This document shows positions 40,686-53,586 of a DNA stretch of 64,000 nt, piece by piece. The position numbers and the translations under genes were made by a program. Each line of letters starts with the position of its first letter. The first letter of the stretch is position 1. The notes under the pieces are model-generated. The model ran no database searches, was not told the DNA's origin, and was given only the letters and a program-made list of their open reading frames with translations. Source of the DNA: the human T2T-CHM13v2.0 reference genome, Homo sapiens; NCBI RefSeq assembly GCF_009914755.1, contig NC_060931.1; one strand, given 5' to 3'.

Positions 40686-41296
40686 TTACCCTTTGTATCC
40701 CCCACCTGCTTCCCTGCCTTGCCCACGCTCATGCGGGGAGGGGGCGCGGGGAGGGGGCGCAGGACGGGCCTGGTCCAGGCGCACAGGTATCCTTGGAGAG
40801 GGGCCACGCTCCAATGCCCAGGCTCCACTTCACGCACCCTTTGGGACTCCCTGAGGACCCTGCACCTGGGCCAGCCAGCAGCCTGGTGACGCGGGGATCA
40901 TGCTCCCATGCTAAGGAGAGAGCCAAGGGTCAGGAGAGAGCCAAGGGTCAGCAGGAATGCACAGATGGCCGCGTCTGAAGCCACGGAGTCAAGTCTCCCC
41001 TTCCTGCCCTGCGTCACCTGGCTGATGACTTACCTGCACCGCACCATGCAGAGGAAATTGCTCAGATAGCATCTCTCCCGGAAGCAGGGCTGCAGAGATC
41101 TGAGGGGTAACCCATCCCCTCTGCTCCCCTGTCCCAGAAGCAGGCTAGTCCTTGTAAGTTGCATTGCCTTAGGGGAGATGACATTCCTCGCCAGATGCCC
41201 TTCTTCTTGTAATTACCATGAATAGGAATGCAGCCCCCGCTTCTCCAGACCTGGCCAACTGGGGGATAGCTCCTGGCTGGAAGCCCTGTTGCATAT

Positions 41297-41745
41297 TGTA
41301 TCAGTTTCCTAGTTTCCTGTGGCTGCTGTAACAAATTACAAGCTTAGTGGCTTGGAACAGCACGCATGCATTACCTTACAGTCCCGGAGGCCAGAGGGCC
41401 GGCCCAGGTCTCACTGGGCTAAGGTCAAGGTGTTGGCCAGGCTGGGTCCTTCTGGAGGCTCTGGGAGGGGAACAGTTTCCTGCCTTTTCCAGCTTCTCGG
41501 GTTGCCCACATTCCTTAGCACATGGTCCCTTCCTCCATCTTCACAGGCAGCAAAGTTGCCTCTGTCTGGCCATCTTTCCTAGTCACACCTGCCCCTGGCC
41601 TTAGCTAGGAAAGACCCAGGACACTCTCCTGTCTCCAGGGCCTCAGTCTCATCTGCAAAGTCCCCCGGGCCACACAAGGCAACAGACCCACAGGTTCTAG
41701 GGATTTGATCATGGACATCATGGGGAAGCCATTGTTCTGCCAACA
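41297..41745 (-). mobile_element. MLT1C/D-type MaLR LTR
   Basis: 'tgtatcagtttcct...ggctgctgtaacaaattacaagcttagtggctt...ctcactgggctaaggtcaaggtgttggccaggctg'. Confidence 0.8.
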
Positions 41746-42269
41746 TCTAATAATAGAGACCCCCAAGTTTCCTCCCTCTTCTTGGGCCAGGAGTCCCCTG
41801 GGGCTCCCTGCCTCCTCACTAACCACTGTGACCTTGCTCCAGGGCCCGTAATGTGCCTCTTCCTCACTGTGACCTTTGCCAGTTCCCAACCAAGGCCTCC
41901 CCACCACTCTTACCTCCTTTTCCCAGGAAGAGGGGGTCCCTCCAGGTCATCTGGGGGGTCTCTCCCCTCCTGCTTTCCCACAGCCTCCCTCTGAGGAACT
42001 CGGTGAGCCTTCCTCAGAAGGCCTTCCAGAGACCCCTTGCAAAGCCCAGCCCTAATGTGCCGTCCCCCACCTACCACTGAGGCCCCACAGGGCTCACCCA
42101 CAGCAGACACTCACTGCAGATGTGGAGGTGCCTTAGTGCCTCCCCCTTATTTGACAGTCTTAAACATATGCCCTAAAACCCAACTGTCAGCCCCAAAGAT
42201 GACCACCACCCATCCACCACATTGCTGGAGCCACAGAGCGACCAAGGGCTGACCCCTCCAGCCAACAGT

Positions 42270-42422
42270 GTGATCTGGGGAGTTACTCAGTCTCTCTGTG
42301 CCTCAGTTTTCTGGTCTAGGAAATGGGGATGATAATAATAGTATCAACCTCATAAGGCTGCTGCGAAGCTTAACTGAAATAATATGAATATTCGGCATAG
42401 CAACATGCTCAGTAAAAGTTAG
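42270..42422 (+). mobile_element. MIR SINE
   Basis: 'tctctctgtgcctcagttttctggtctaggaaatggggatgataataatagtatcaacctcataagg...atgctcagtaaaagttagc'. Confidence 0.75.
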
Positions 42423-42612
42423 CCATCATCATCACCATCATCATGGCCATCATCATCACCATCATCTTCATTGCCATCATCTTCATCACCATCATCATCA
42501 CCATCATCTTCAATGCCATCATCATCACCATCATCGTCATCGTAATCTTCATCACCATCATCATCACCATCATCATCGTCATCTTCATCACCATCATCAT
42601 GGCCATCATCAT
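42423..42612. repeat. Degenerate (CAT)n trinucleotide repeat
   Basis: CAT/CAC/CTT/CGT triplets in a single frame over ~190 bp. Confidence 0.95.
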
Positions 42613-43404
42613 TGGTATTATTATGAGAATGCAGGTGGTCCCCTGCCAGGACCCGGCCACACAGAAATCAAAGGAGCTAAATGAGAAAGAGGAGCCCCGG
42701 GTCTGAGTTGGATTCTGCCACCAACAAGTGCTGGGGCCTGACTGCGTCACTTGTCCCTTGCAGATCCTCCTTGCCTGTGAAATGGAGTGATGATGCTTTG
42801 CCCATGTCACGTGACGGGGTGAGACTCACACATACTAAGCCTGCAACAAGGTCTGAGAAGCCAGAAGCGCAACACAAATAGCGTGGAAGCGAGAGGTGTC
42901 CGGAGCAAGGCAGGGCGTTAGAGACGAGAGCAGGCCATCCCACCCCAGGGCCTCACAGCCCGGGCATCCCTGGGCATCCCTCCTTGGATGCTTAGAATAG
43001 TCAGGAATGTTCTCACCTCATTCTGTCACCCCTGGAGAAACAGAGGCACAGCAGGGTAGACTGCATGCCTCAGGCCCCCCAGCTGCATGTGGAAGAGCCA
43101 GGTCTCCACATGCCGGAAGCAATTCTTGCCTCTCTATGCTGCATGTCGTTCCTGTGACGACAGTGAGATGTCACCTCTGCAGACAGGGACAGCGTGTAGA
43201 GCGTGGCTCCATCCCATGCAGGAGGTGCCTGGAGGGCTTGGGACCTGGAATCACCCAGGCCCTGCCCCGGCCCTGGAGAACCTCAGCATCACACGGCAGA
43301 CCTGGATGTGGACCCGAATGATTCCAATATCCTGACATGGAAGGTGGCATCGGGTGTGCACACCCTGCCAGGGAGGACGTGGGAGCGCTGCTGTGCCTTG
43401 TGTC

Positions 43405-43435
43405 TGCAGGCACAGGAAAGCCCCCTAGAGGGCGC
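43405..43435 (+). promoter_or_regulatory. CTCF motif with upstream TGCAG module
   Basis: Core CCCCTAGAGGGCGC at 43422-43435; TGCAG at 43405-43409, 17 bp upstream, the usual spacing of the upstream (ZF9-11) module. Confidence 0.55.
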
Positions 43436-44339
43436 TTGATCAAGTCCGGAGACTCGCATCTGCCTGGCAGAGAAGGTGAAAGGGAGAGGTGGTCCCCTGG
43501 GAAGTCACAGCTGCCGGGGACCAGTGCACCTGCCGCACAGTGTGTGGTGCAGGGGTGTTGGGAGCCAGGCTGGGAGGGCAGGCGCGTGGCACCCACAGCT
43601 TTGCCATTCCCTCTGAGGAGTTTGCAATCCATTCTGTGAGCCATGGGGACCGGCTCACTTCTTAGAAGGCTTACTCCAGCAGCAGGGTGAGGAAGGACAG
43701 GGGAACAGGCTGAAGGGGACCCGTTCTGGGCTGCTGTGGTGACAACAGGGGAGGAACCAGAGCAGCCACACCAGGTACCGAGGAGGAGCCGCACCCTGAG
43801 ATGCGGTCACTGCAGGGAGTGGTTGCTGTTCCCGTCCATGACCTAGGGGTAACCCGTGTGCCTCAGGCCCTGGCTCTGAGGCTGATGGGACATGTGTGTC
43901 CTGCCAGGCGTGTAGTAGCTGGGCATCAATGGTGGCTGTGATTCTGATGATGACGAGGGTCTCTGGGGAAGGGAGGCGTTCATTGTGGACGGTTCCTGGT
44001 GGCTGGTCAGGGAGTGGACAGGCCCTGGGGTCAGAGAGGCTGGTGGGCCCAGTGGACAAGCACAGGAAAGGCAGGGTGCCAGGGCGGTGAGGGTGCTCCG
44101 GCCGTCCTCCAGGAATGAGGCAGAGCACCAGCTCAGCAGGCAGAGAAGCCCTCACCTCTCAAAGCGGTTTCTCGTCCAGGTGAGGTTCTAAGGAAAGCAG
44201 CCGCTGGGCAGCAGGGGTGGCACTGACGCCTCACCGACTTCTTTCTCCAATGCTGGGAGCCCACCTGGGTGGGGAGCAAGTCCACGGGAGGGGTCCCTAA
44301 CTTTCCTTTGTGATGTTCACTCATTCCGCAGATACTGGG

Positions 44340-44600
44340 TGAGTGCCTGCTGTGAGCCGAGTGCTGTGCTAGGAGCTGGCGGTCAGGGAGGAGCAGGAAC
44401 GATGGATGGAATGAATGAGCGCGTGGAGGACTCGGCCTTGTCCAGTTCAGGAAGAACGCAATCTTGTCAAGTGTTTGTCATCCATGTGTTCATGCACTCA
44501 TTAGACAGACATTTACTGAGGCCTCCTCTATTTGGGGCACTGCAGTGAACAAAACAGACAAAAGTCTCTGCCCTTGGAGCTTCAATTCCAGGGATTAAAA
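44340..44600 (-). mobile_element. L2 3' end remnant(s)
   Basis: 'cactcattagacagacatttactgaggcctcctcta...gcactgcagtgaacaaaacagacaaaagtctctgcccttggagctt' is a typical antisense L2 tail. Confidence 0.6.
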
Positions 44601-44874
44601 TGAGTAACGATAACCATTGTTCTTCTGACGCTTTTTTCAGAGCAACCACAAGGTCTTCATCTATGTCTGACTCATCAACGAAGCAACCAAGACCCCATGA
44701 GCCACTTCATGAGCTCCAGGGAATAACCAGCACTCATGGGCGGAGTCTAAAACTAATATAAATGCTTAGAAATAAAAATACATGATTTTATCTCTCCTTT
44801 TTCCCCTAAAATGTTGGTTTCTAAGGAAACGGAAACATGTTTGACTCTAAAACTTCGATTTTAGTGTTTAGCAT

Positions 44875-45712
44875 TGTGAACCCCAAAATCTGAGACAGGT
44901 CTCAGTCAATTTACGAAGTTTATTTTGCCCAAGTTAAGGATGTGTGTCTGTGACACAGCCTCAGAAGTTTTGACCACACGTGCCAAAGGTGGTCAGAGCA
45001 CAGCTTGGTTTTATACGTTTTAGGGAGACATGAGACATCAATCAACATACGTAAGATGAACATTGGCTTGGTCCGGAAAGGCGGGGCCTCGGTGACATCA
45101 ATCAACATATGCAAGATGAACATTGGCTTGGTCCGGAAAGGCAGGGCCTCGGCGACATCAATTAACATATGTAAGATGAACATTGGCTTGGTCCGGAAAG
45201 GCGGGGCCTCAGTGACATCAATCAACATATGCAAGATGAACATTGGCTTGGTCCGGAAAGGCAGGGCCTCAGTGACATCAATCAACCTATGTAAGATGAA
45301 CATTGGCTTGGTCCAGAAAGGCAGGGCCTCAGTGACATCAATCAACGTATGTAAGATGAACACTGGCTTGGTCTGGAAAGGCGGGGCCTCAGTGACATCA
45401 ATCATCATATGCAAGATGAACATTGGCTTGGTCCAGAAAGGCGGGACCTCGGTCCAGAAAGGCGGGACAACTTGAAGCCAAGACAGGAAGCAGGAAAGGG
45501 GCTTCCAGGTCACAGGTAGAAACAAATGGTTGCATCCTTTTGAGTTTCTGATTAGCCTCTCCAAAGGAGGCAACAAGAGATGCGTTTATCTCAGTGAGCA
45601 GAAGGGTGACTTTGAATAGAGTGGGAGGCAGGTTGGCCCTGAGCAATTCCCAGCTTGACTTTTCCCTTTAGCTTAGTGATTTTGGAGCCCCAAGATTTAT
45701 TTTCCTTTCACA
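44875..45712 (-). mobile_element. Solo MER4A-type ERV1 LTR with an internal minisatellite
   Basis: The reverse complement begins TGTGAAAGGAAAATAAATCTTGGGGCTCCAAAATCACTAAGCTAAAGGG and ends ...GGGGTTCACA; perfect 4-bp TSD GCAT at 44871-44874 and 45713-45716. Confidence 0.92.
45034..45453. repeat. Tandem repeat, 7 x 60 bp
   Basis: Unit GACATCAATCAACATATG(C/T)AAGATGAACATTGGCTTGGTCCGGAAAGGC(G/A)GGGCCTC(A/G)GT with period 60. Confidence 0.97.
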
Positions 45713-46714
45713 GCATGTGGCGGTTCTTTATTCTCATAAATGATTTCAAAACATTATGCACTTGGGGGATTTTATAATGAAAAATCGCGGTGTCCTATTA
45801 AAGCACAAAGAGGCAAAGCAGAAGCAGCAGACAGGACGTCAAAGAACCAGTGCATGGCTGCGCCGGGCCCCGGGGCTTCCCACACGGGTTACTGTCATCC
45901 TTCCGAATCACTGGACTTGAAGCCCAGCATGTTGCTGAGTTTTGCTCCAGAGGTGAGTGGACAAATGTGTCCTGCACCCCCACCCTCCCGACCAGGCCTT
46001 AGAGGACCGGGCTGGGAGCATGGGCAGCGTCAGACTCATTCCCCATGAGAGGTGAAATGAGAGACTCACTGACTTGCCAGGGGCAAAAGGCTTCAAGGCC
46101 AAGAGGGAGAAAGAATCTGTAGGAAGTTTTGAGGTTTGGAACTGGATTCCTCTTAAGACTGTGATTCTCAGATTCTCTGCAGAACTACAAGAAAATGTCC
46201 TCCTTATTGAAAGACAAAATGTGGTACTATGATGAGCAAGCCAAAGTATATATAATCACATATATAGCACAGTGTCACAGCCCTATGGTAAACATCATAG
46301 GCTCACTCTGTACCTGCAAGAAGCATTAGCAAAAGGGAACATTTTCCTTTTTCTATAAATTTCCACTTTATATACCCAATTAAATTTTTTTAAAGGTAGT
46401 TCTATATGGAATTTTTGGAAAGTTCCAGAAATTTGCAGCCTCAGTTTATCCCACTGTCCTGATACATGGTCCAGAATCATTTTCCTTTCATTTCTCTTTT
46501 TTTTCTTTTTGATTCTCAGACAATTGCCATTTGTTATTTAAGTGACAAAGGTAACGCATGCCGGCGGGAAGCAATGCACAAAATGTGAAGGTGAGTGGAG
46601 ACCCTCCCCAGACCCCCCACCTCTGCCACCACCACAAACACGCACAATCCAAGTGTATCCATGCTTCTGTAGACTGATTTTTGCTATTATTTGTTCTTAT
46701 AAACATGGGGTCCA

Positions 46715-46990
46715 TATACCAGCTTCCGAGGGCTACCTAACAAAATATCACTGACCAGGTGGTATAGACAGCAGAAGTTTGTTTTCTCCCTGCCCCAGAG
46801 GCTGGAGGTCTGAGATCAGGGTGTGGGCAGGGCTGGTTTCTCCTGGGGCCTCCCTGCGTGGCTTGTGGACGCTGTCTCCTCCCAGTATCCTCCTGTGGCC
46901 ACCCCTCTGTGTGTCCGTGCACTCGCCTCTTCTCGTAAGGACAGTCAGATTGGACCAGGGCCCCACCTCATGACCTCATTTTAGCAGACT
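46715..46990 (-). mobile_element. MLT1B-type MaLR LTR fragment
   Basis: 'gaggctggaggtctgagatcagggtgtgggcagggctggtttctcctggggcctccc...gtaaggacagtcagattggaccagggccccacctcatgacctcattt'. Confidence 0.8.
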
Positions 46991-47425
46991 GTGTGAGAGA
47001 ACTGTTGCCCACATTCTCACCAGACAGGCGTATGGTTCTTTGTTCTTTTCTCAACTCTTTCTAAGGAAAATCTCAAACATACACAAAAGTCCAGAGAACA
47101 GAACAACGAACCATACTCACCACCCAGCTGCGACCACCATCAGCTTTTACTAATTGTATTGCATCTGTTTCCCTGGCCATTTTCTGGAACATATTTAGAA
47201 CAAATCCCTGCCAAACATTATGGTATTTCACCAACAGACACCCATACGCATTTCTAAGGCACCAAGAGTTTTTAGCAACCTAGGTGCAATCCCGTTAATT
47301 CCTCAATATCAGCAAAGGCCACAAGGCTTCTGCTAGTGAGTGTTAGGCTGTGGAGCACTTCAGTAGGCCTCAATTCCATCTCCCTCTTTGCTAGCGTGGT
47401 GGGACCACCTTCAGACCTTTGCTTT

Positions 47426-47863
47426 TGAGGTAGGAGGTGGGACCTGAGTCCAGAGGCGGGGCTCTTGGACACAGGACCAAATTGAAGACTAGCTGAAACA
47501 GGGAGGGGCAGAAAACCAGTGTGCCATGTCAGTTTACCATTGTCACGGCAATACCCGGAGTACCACCCCTTCAATAACCTGACAACCCGGAAGTTACCAC
47601 CCTTTTCCTAAAAGTTCTGCATAAACCACCCCTAATTTGCATATAATTAAAAGTGGACCTAAACATGACTGCAGACCTGCCGCTAAGCTGCTACCCTGGG
47701 CGCACTGCCTATGGGGGAGCCCTGCTTTACCAAGAGCAGTCCCTCCGTTGCCGCCGCTGTGCACGGGGCTTCCACAAAAGCTTCTGCCTCACACCCCTGG
47801 CCCGCCCTGGAGTTCTTCCCTCCTGGGCAAGCCCCGATTTTGGTGTTTGCCTGTCCTGCATCG
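47426..47863 (+). mobile_element. Solo ERV1 LTR of the MER41/MER66-like group
   Basis: Starts TGAGGTAGGAGGTGGGAC, has the internal 'acccggaagttaccacc' and 'atttgcatataattaaaagtgg', and ends CCTGCATC(G); 4-bp TSD CTTT at 47422-47425 and 47864-47867. Subfamily uncertain. Confidence 0.75.
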
Positions 47864-49024
47864 CTTTCATCTGGATTTCCTCCCATGTGAAATTAGCTGT
47901 GCAGATCCTTCCCTTTTTTTTTTTTCTATTGAATCATTTTCCTCTTATCAATACGTATGTTCTCTTTCTATATGAAGTTATATGCAGATTCAGAAGAGAA
48001 GGCTTCAGGCAAGTTCCTTCTCCAGCCCCTGCTCCCATCTCTCTCTTCCCTGTTTCTCTGGCCCTTGCTCTCATCTCTCTCTGCCCTGCTTGGAGGCATC
48101 CAGCCTTCTTCACCACAGGGAACATGGAGCTCAAAAGATAACACACACCTTAATGCTGTTGACAGCTGCCCCAGTGGCAAAGGGACATGTTTTCATCACC
48201 TACACCTTGTTTGGCCAGTTAGAGGGCTGTGTTTCTCAGAGTCAGGAAGTCCTGGGCCAGGTGGAGGAAAGAAATGGCGCAGCCACCTCTGGCCTCCTCC
48301 TGCTCCTCCTGGATCTGGGAGATGGCGCCCAGCCAAGCCCTCCATGCCCTGCCCGTGAGTGGGATGTCTGACTGCTCTCACCGTCTCTCCTTCTCCCCTT
48401 AACCCCAGGCCCAACCCCTCCGGGCTCACTGCTTGTGGTTTTTCTGCTTAGGAATTGGTCCCTGGGTGTAGCCCAGGCTTGTAGGGCCCCGTCCTCCCCA
48501 GCCCTGCTCCCCACTGTTCAGGGGCAGCCCCCCCACTCCTCCCACCTGCCGTGGCTCTTTGCTGCACCCTCCCTGGCCCAGTCTTGGCATTCGCCCTTAT
48601 CAGTTCTCCGTCTTCTTTGAAGCTGAGACAGAGTATTGTCCCCCACTTGCTTGCAGATGCTAAGATGGAGTTTAGAGCACAGGATATTGATCAGGGACCC
48701 ATGCCTGGGAAAGGGGCAGAGAGAGAAGCCCAGCAAGATGCACCCTGGCCCAGCCTCGGCACCCCCAGGGAGCCCTGGGCTGTGGGGCCTGTTAGAGTTG
48801 CTGCAGGTGGGCGGGAAGGGCTGGGCATTCATACCCCCCACAGCTGGTCCCGGGTAAGGTGACCATCTGCAGCTGAGGCAGCCTGAAGGAGGGACAGCTG
48901 GAGGTATCTGAGGCTGCTCTCCCAATGCTGGAGGGCAGGGCCTTCCCTGGAGGGATCCGAAGGGGCATTTCCATGCCCAGCTCATACAGGAAGCTTATTG
49001 GAGCCTCACATCTGGAAAGCACTA

Positions 49025-49079
49025 CAGACCGCACCGCAGACCGCACGACAGACCGCACCGCAGACCGCTCTACAGACCG
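49025..49079. repeat. 12-bp tandem repeat (CAGACCGCACCG-like), ~4.6 copies
   Basis: CAGACCG at 49025, 49037, 49049, 49061 and 49073. Confidence 0.92.
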
Positions 49080-49091
49080 GCACATGCGCAA

Positions 49092-49160
49092 CCCTGCCCG
49101 GCTGCTCTCCCTCCCTGCCTGGCTGCTCTCCCTCCCTGCCCAGCTGCTTTCTCTCCCTGC
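49092..49160. repeat. 21-bp tandem repeat, ~3.3 copies
   Basis: CCCTGCC(C/T)(G/A)GCTGCT(C/T)TC(C/T)CT at 49092, 49113 and 49134. Confidence 0.88.
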
Positions 49161-50014
49161 TGTGACCAGGCCATTTTGGTGCATTATCTGTGCTCAGCGC
49201 TTTCCTCCTCTATTTGATGACTTTTCCAGGCAGTGGGCCTGGGGGTGAAGTCCCCTTGACCTTTGGGCTCCACCCAGGCACCTGGAGCCCCTGGGCTCTT
49301 CCCCTGCAGGGAACTGTTAGCATCCTGCACTTTGCCCTCCTCCCATCCTGCCCACGGGAGATGCAGCGTGAACTCCTAGTCCTCAAAAAGGCTTAAAAAT
49401 TGCTCTACATTTTATGTTTAACGTGTGGTTATGTTAAAAAATTCATAACTAATGACTTGAGGCTTTGTTCTTCTCCGTACTCCACCGGTGAGTCCCTGTG
49501 GAGCTGGGCACGTCCCTTGATTTATCTTGGTTTCAGTCTCCTCCTCTGTGAGGAGGTGGAGGAAGGAGCGCTTCTCTTCCAACGCAGGGAGTCACCCATG
49601 GGACAGTCTCTGGTCTGTGCACCTGGCTGCTGAGGAGGGAGCAGGAGGGCTGTGGAGGGTCTTCTCCAAGGCCCCAGAACCATGTGATGAGGGCTTCCCG
49701 CCGCCAGCACCCAAGTCCTGCTCTGTGGCATGGCAGGCGGAGCCGAGCCTGAGGCAGGGCTCCCAGTTGCTGGATATGAAATCTGTCCTCAAACACTGCC
49801 AACTGGCTCATCCCCATGTCGGTGGAAGGCTGGGCCACAGCTCTGTGTGCAGGGAGAGTGGGGGCAGGCGGGCAGCTACTCCCATATGGACCCATGGAGC
49901 AGGGCCTTCTGATCCCATTATCCCAGATCAGATCTGCATGAGAGGATCTCCCTCTGCCTGGGGAGAGAAACATAGGAGGACAGCCGTGTTCCCGTTCCAC
50001 ATGGACGCATGACC

Positions 50015-50253
50015 AAAACATATGCACACATGCCACACGCATGCATACATAGGCATTTGTGTTTACACACCATGCTCACACAAAAATAGACATGCACACG
50101 CACTTGCACATGAACACCCACACACACACACGTGCAAACACACAATGCAGCCATGTACACACATGCACGTATGCTCACGCATGCACAATACACATCCATA
50201 GACATGCATTTACACATGAACACACACATGTGCACACAAACACACACACACAC
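50015..50253. repeat. Degenerate (CA)n repeat
   Basis: 'catatgcacacatgccacacgcatgcatacat...cacacacacacac'. Confidence 0.88.
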
Positions 50254-51170
50254 CCAAAAGCTCCAAGCTCCAAGTAAGCAAAGCCCTGAAAGCATGGGGT
50301 ACATTGCAGAAAGCCCAGAATTCTCCTCCCCACTTAAGTCTCCAGAGCCACCAGGGAGGCGATGAGCCAGGGGAAGGACTTACTGCCTCTGGGTACCTTA
50401 GCCAGGCCTCTAAGAACTCAGCAAACCGGGACAGGGGATATATTTAAAGGAATTTTATTATGTTTTTAAAGATACCTTTTTCCTGTCAGGCCTGTGGTTT
50501 AATAAATACCTAGGGCTTACCCTTAAACTCTCCAAGGCTCAGGGCTAAGGACTTCATGACAGGTTTGCCCCTCATCTGCGAAGTGGCCTGAATCCCAGCT
50601 GTGAGAGCTGATATCAAAGCTCACTCGTCGGCTCCCAAACAAGAGAGGAGCACAGAGAAGCCGGCAAGAGAGATGAGGAGGGTTTGGGAGAATTAGCTGA
50701 GGAGACGGCAGCCACACATCAGGAAAACGCGCCAAGAGAAGGGCTTCAAACATAAATCTTTGAGGATAGACAGTCCCTCTAGTTACAAAGCAAAGATGTG
50801 CAAAGCTTGGTTCTCTGTTTTCACAGAAGCAGCCTCTTGGGCCCCAGCACAACTGAGCAGGCTCAGTCACGGTCAGCTCAGGGATGAGTAGCTACATGGA
50901 CAGGCTTCCCATGAGGCCAGGTGGCCGTGGCAAAGGCTCCTGGCAAGGCTGCCTCCCCTGCCCACAGTGCAAATTTCCGAGCAAATTGCCGAGGGCCCTT
51001 GCCCTGATTTCATGATCAAACTCCTTGCAGGCGGAGAGCTGCCCTCCCACTGCTCTTCTGCATGTTCCTGGGGCACATGAGGGTCCTCAGCCTCCCTCCC
51101 CAGTGGCTCTTCTGGTTCTCTTGCCAACAAAAGTGATGTCTCATGATTTACACAGCTTTCCCATGAGTCT

Positions 51171-51682
51171 CACAATGGGTAATTGTATGTGTCACCTTGA
51201 CTGGGCCACAGGGTACCCAGATATTTGGCTAAACATGGTCTGGGTGTTTCTATGAGGGTGTTTCAGATGAGATTAGCATTTGAATCTATGGACTCAGAAA
51301 AGCAGATGGCCTCCCCAGTGTGGTGGGCCTCATCCAATCCATTTGGGCCTGAATAGAACAAAAGACTGGGCAACAGAGAATTCACTCTCTGCCTGACTGC
51401 TTGAGCTGGGACATCTATCTTCTCCTGCCTTCAGGTGGGGACATATGCCATCAGCGCTCCTGGTTCTCTGCCTTCAGTCTTGGACTGACCCACACCATAG
51501 CTTCCTGGGTCTCCAGTGTGCAGACAGCAGAATGTGGACCTTCTAGGCCCCTGAAATAGATGAGCCAATTCCTTATAATAAACCACACACACTCACACAT
51601 ACACACACACTCACATACACACACACACTCACACACACACATTCTATTGCTTCTGTATCTCTGAAGAACCCTGAAAAATACA
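51171..51682 (+). mobile_element. MLT2 (ERVL) LTR with internal (CA)n
   Basis: 'tgggtaattgtatgtgtcaccttgactgggccacagggtacccagatatttgg...gaagaaccctgaaaaataca'. Confidence 0.85.
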
Positions 51683-53586
51683 AGTGTGCGTTTCAGAACC
51701 ACTCTCTGAGGGCATTCACAGACTCACCTGTGCCATTGCTGGCCGAGTCCACATCTCTCATATGGGGTCTTGCCCTCCTTAGTCCTCTGTCACTTGGGGC
51801 ACCTGCCACGCCTCTTCCTTCTGCCTGTGATGTTCACTTTCCAGCCAGCTCCTTGTCTCACTTCTGCTAATGGCCCTGCTGTCTTCTTGGGTTGAAACCA
51901 TGGCATTCTCGGTACCTCTAAAAAGATCCCATCCATTATGGCTGTCTGAGCCTCTCAGCTGGACCTTCTCCGAAAAATGGCCAGGGAAACAGATCCTGCC
52001 TGCCACATCCAGTGGAGTTGCAGGTCACTGCTGGCAGGACTGCCTGTTGGCATCAGACCTAGAAAGGGGAGGATGCAAACTAAGCCATTACACCTGTCCT
52101 TCTCGCCGTGCTCAGGAATAATCACAGCAACACGTGTACAGCGAGCACCTACTATGTGCAGCTCATGTATTTTCTGACTCTCTGGCTAATATTTTTCTTC
52201 TGTACAGGGAAGTTAGTTTTGGCTGCCAGCAGCTTTGTGGGACACAACCACAAGAATGGAAGATACATGGCCATTAGGATTCTCACCTCCGGGACCAGAA
52301 GGATCTAGACTCACTAGCTGTATAAATGTAGTCAAGTAATTTAAACTCTTAAAACTACACATGTCCTTGTCTATAAATTGAGAATAATAGTATAGTTGTG
52401 AAGCTTACATATTTTAGGTAGAATGTGATTGTTGTTCGGCACACAGGAAATGCTCAATGCATGTCAACTCTTATTACTGTCACCATCATGCATCTACAAA
52501 GGGCTTGAGTGACTAACAAAAATTAAATCAAGATTTGCCCTATCATGAGTACTTACCTGTGTTATCAAACTACACTTGAATTCACCTATTCATGAGGTTG
52601 ACCCTGTCACTCGTGTTCCATTGTGGGCTTTGGGGGGTGGAGTTCACCCGCACACCCTGGGCAGAGCTGTGAGTGCATTTATAGCTTTGTAGTGTAGCCT
52701 CCTAAAATGGAAGGGCTAGAGGTAACCTGAGCCATGATCATCTCCGTGTGAAAGATGGGTGCTGACGTCCGCAGACAGCACAGGGAGAGAAGGGGCCGCA
52801 TTTTCTTCAGGCTTCGTGACTCAGTATGGAGCCACCAGCAGCACTGCCCAAGCTGTCTTGAGGAGCTGGGATCCGAGGCTGACACCCAGTGCTGCCATGC
52901 TGGTTACTGCTGGTTAGCACTGTTGGCAAACTGCCACCAGCCCAGCCCCCGAGCACTGCCTCCCCCACTGCTTGGCGGCTGTCCCCACCCTCTACCCCCA
53001 TCCCAGCAGCGTTGGGGGTGCAGCCTGCCTGAGGCCAGCATCCACTGGAGCAGCCTGTGCCACTCAAACCCTGGAGCACTTTGTGTATCGCCCCTCCAGA
53101 GACCCTCAGAAAATGAGGAGATGATGTGAGGGAGCACCGTACTGCCCTTGGAGCTCCACGACCTCCTCACCTGAACATGAAACTCTTATTTTGAGGGAAC
53201 ATGAATTAACACTCCCAGAACAAGTGCGGGGAATACTGTGTGAAATAAAACTCCGGGGCTCCTGTTGGGAGAAGGAAAATATAAAAGAGAGGAAGTGAGC
53301 AGGATGTGCCAGGAGACGTGTCAGAGGCGGCTGGGCTCCCAGATGAGGTGTGTGTGGACCCCGCAGGGTGCAGCAGGAGCCTGCAGGACTTCTCAGGGCC
53401 TTTCCTGCACTAGGAGACGGCAGGGCCCACAAGGGAACGTGTTCTAAAAATGAGCGTGCTCTTCCGTGGGGCCTTTTCAGGCTCACTCGCTGCATTTTTT
53501 GTCTCCAGGCATTTGCTGTATTTTGTGTATGTGCAGTTGGTGGCCTGTGATATCCTGGGCAGTGCACTCAGTTTGGGTGCTGTCCA

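Noticed and set aside
45034-45453. CRISPR-like regular array
   Set aside because: The units are contiguous near-identical 60-mers with no unique spacers, inside a primate ERV LTR. The same applies to the 68-bp repeat at 1682.
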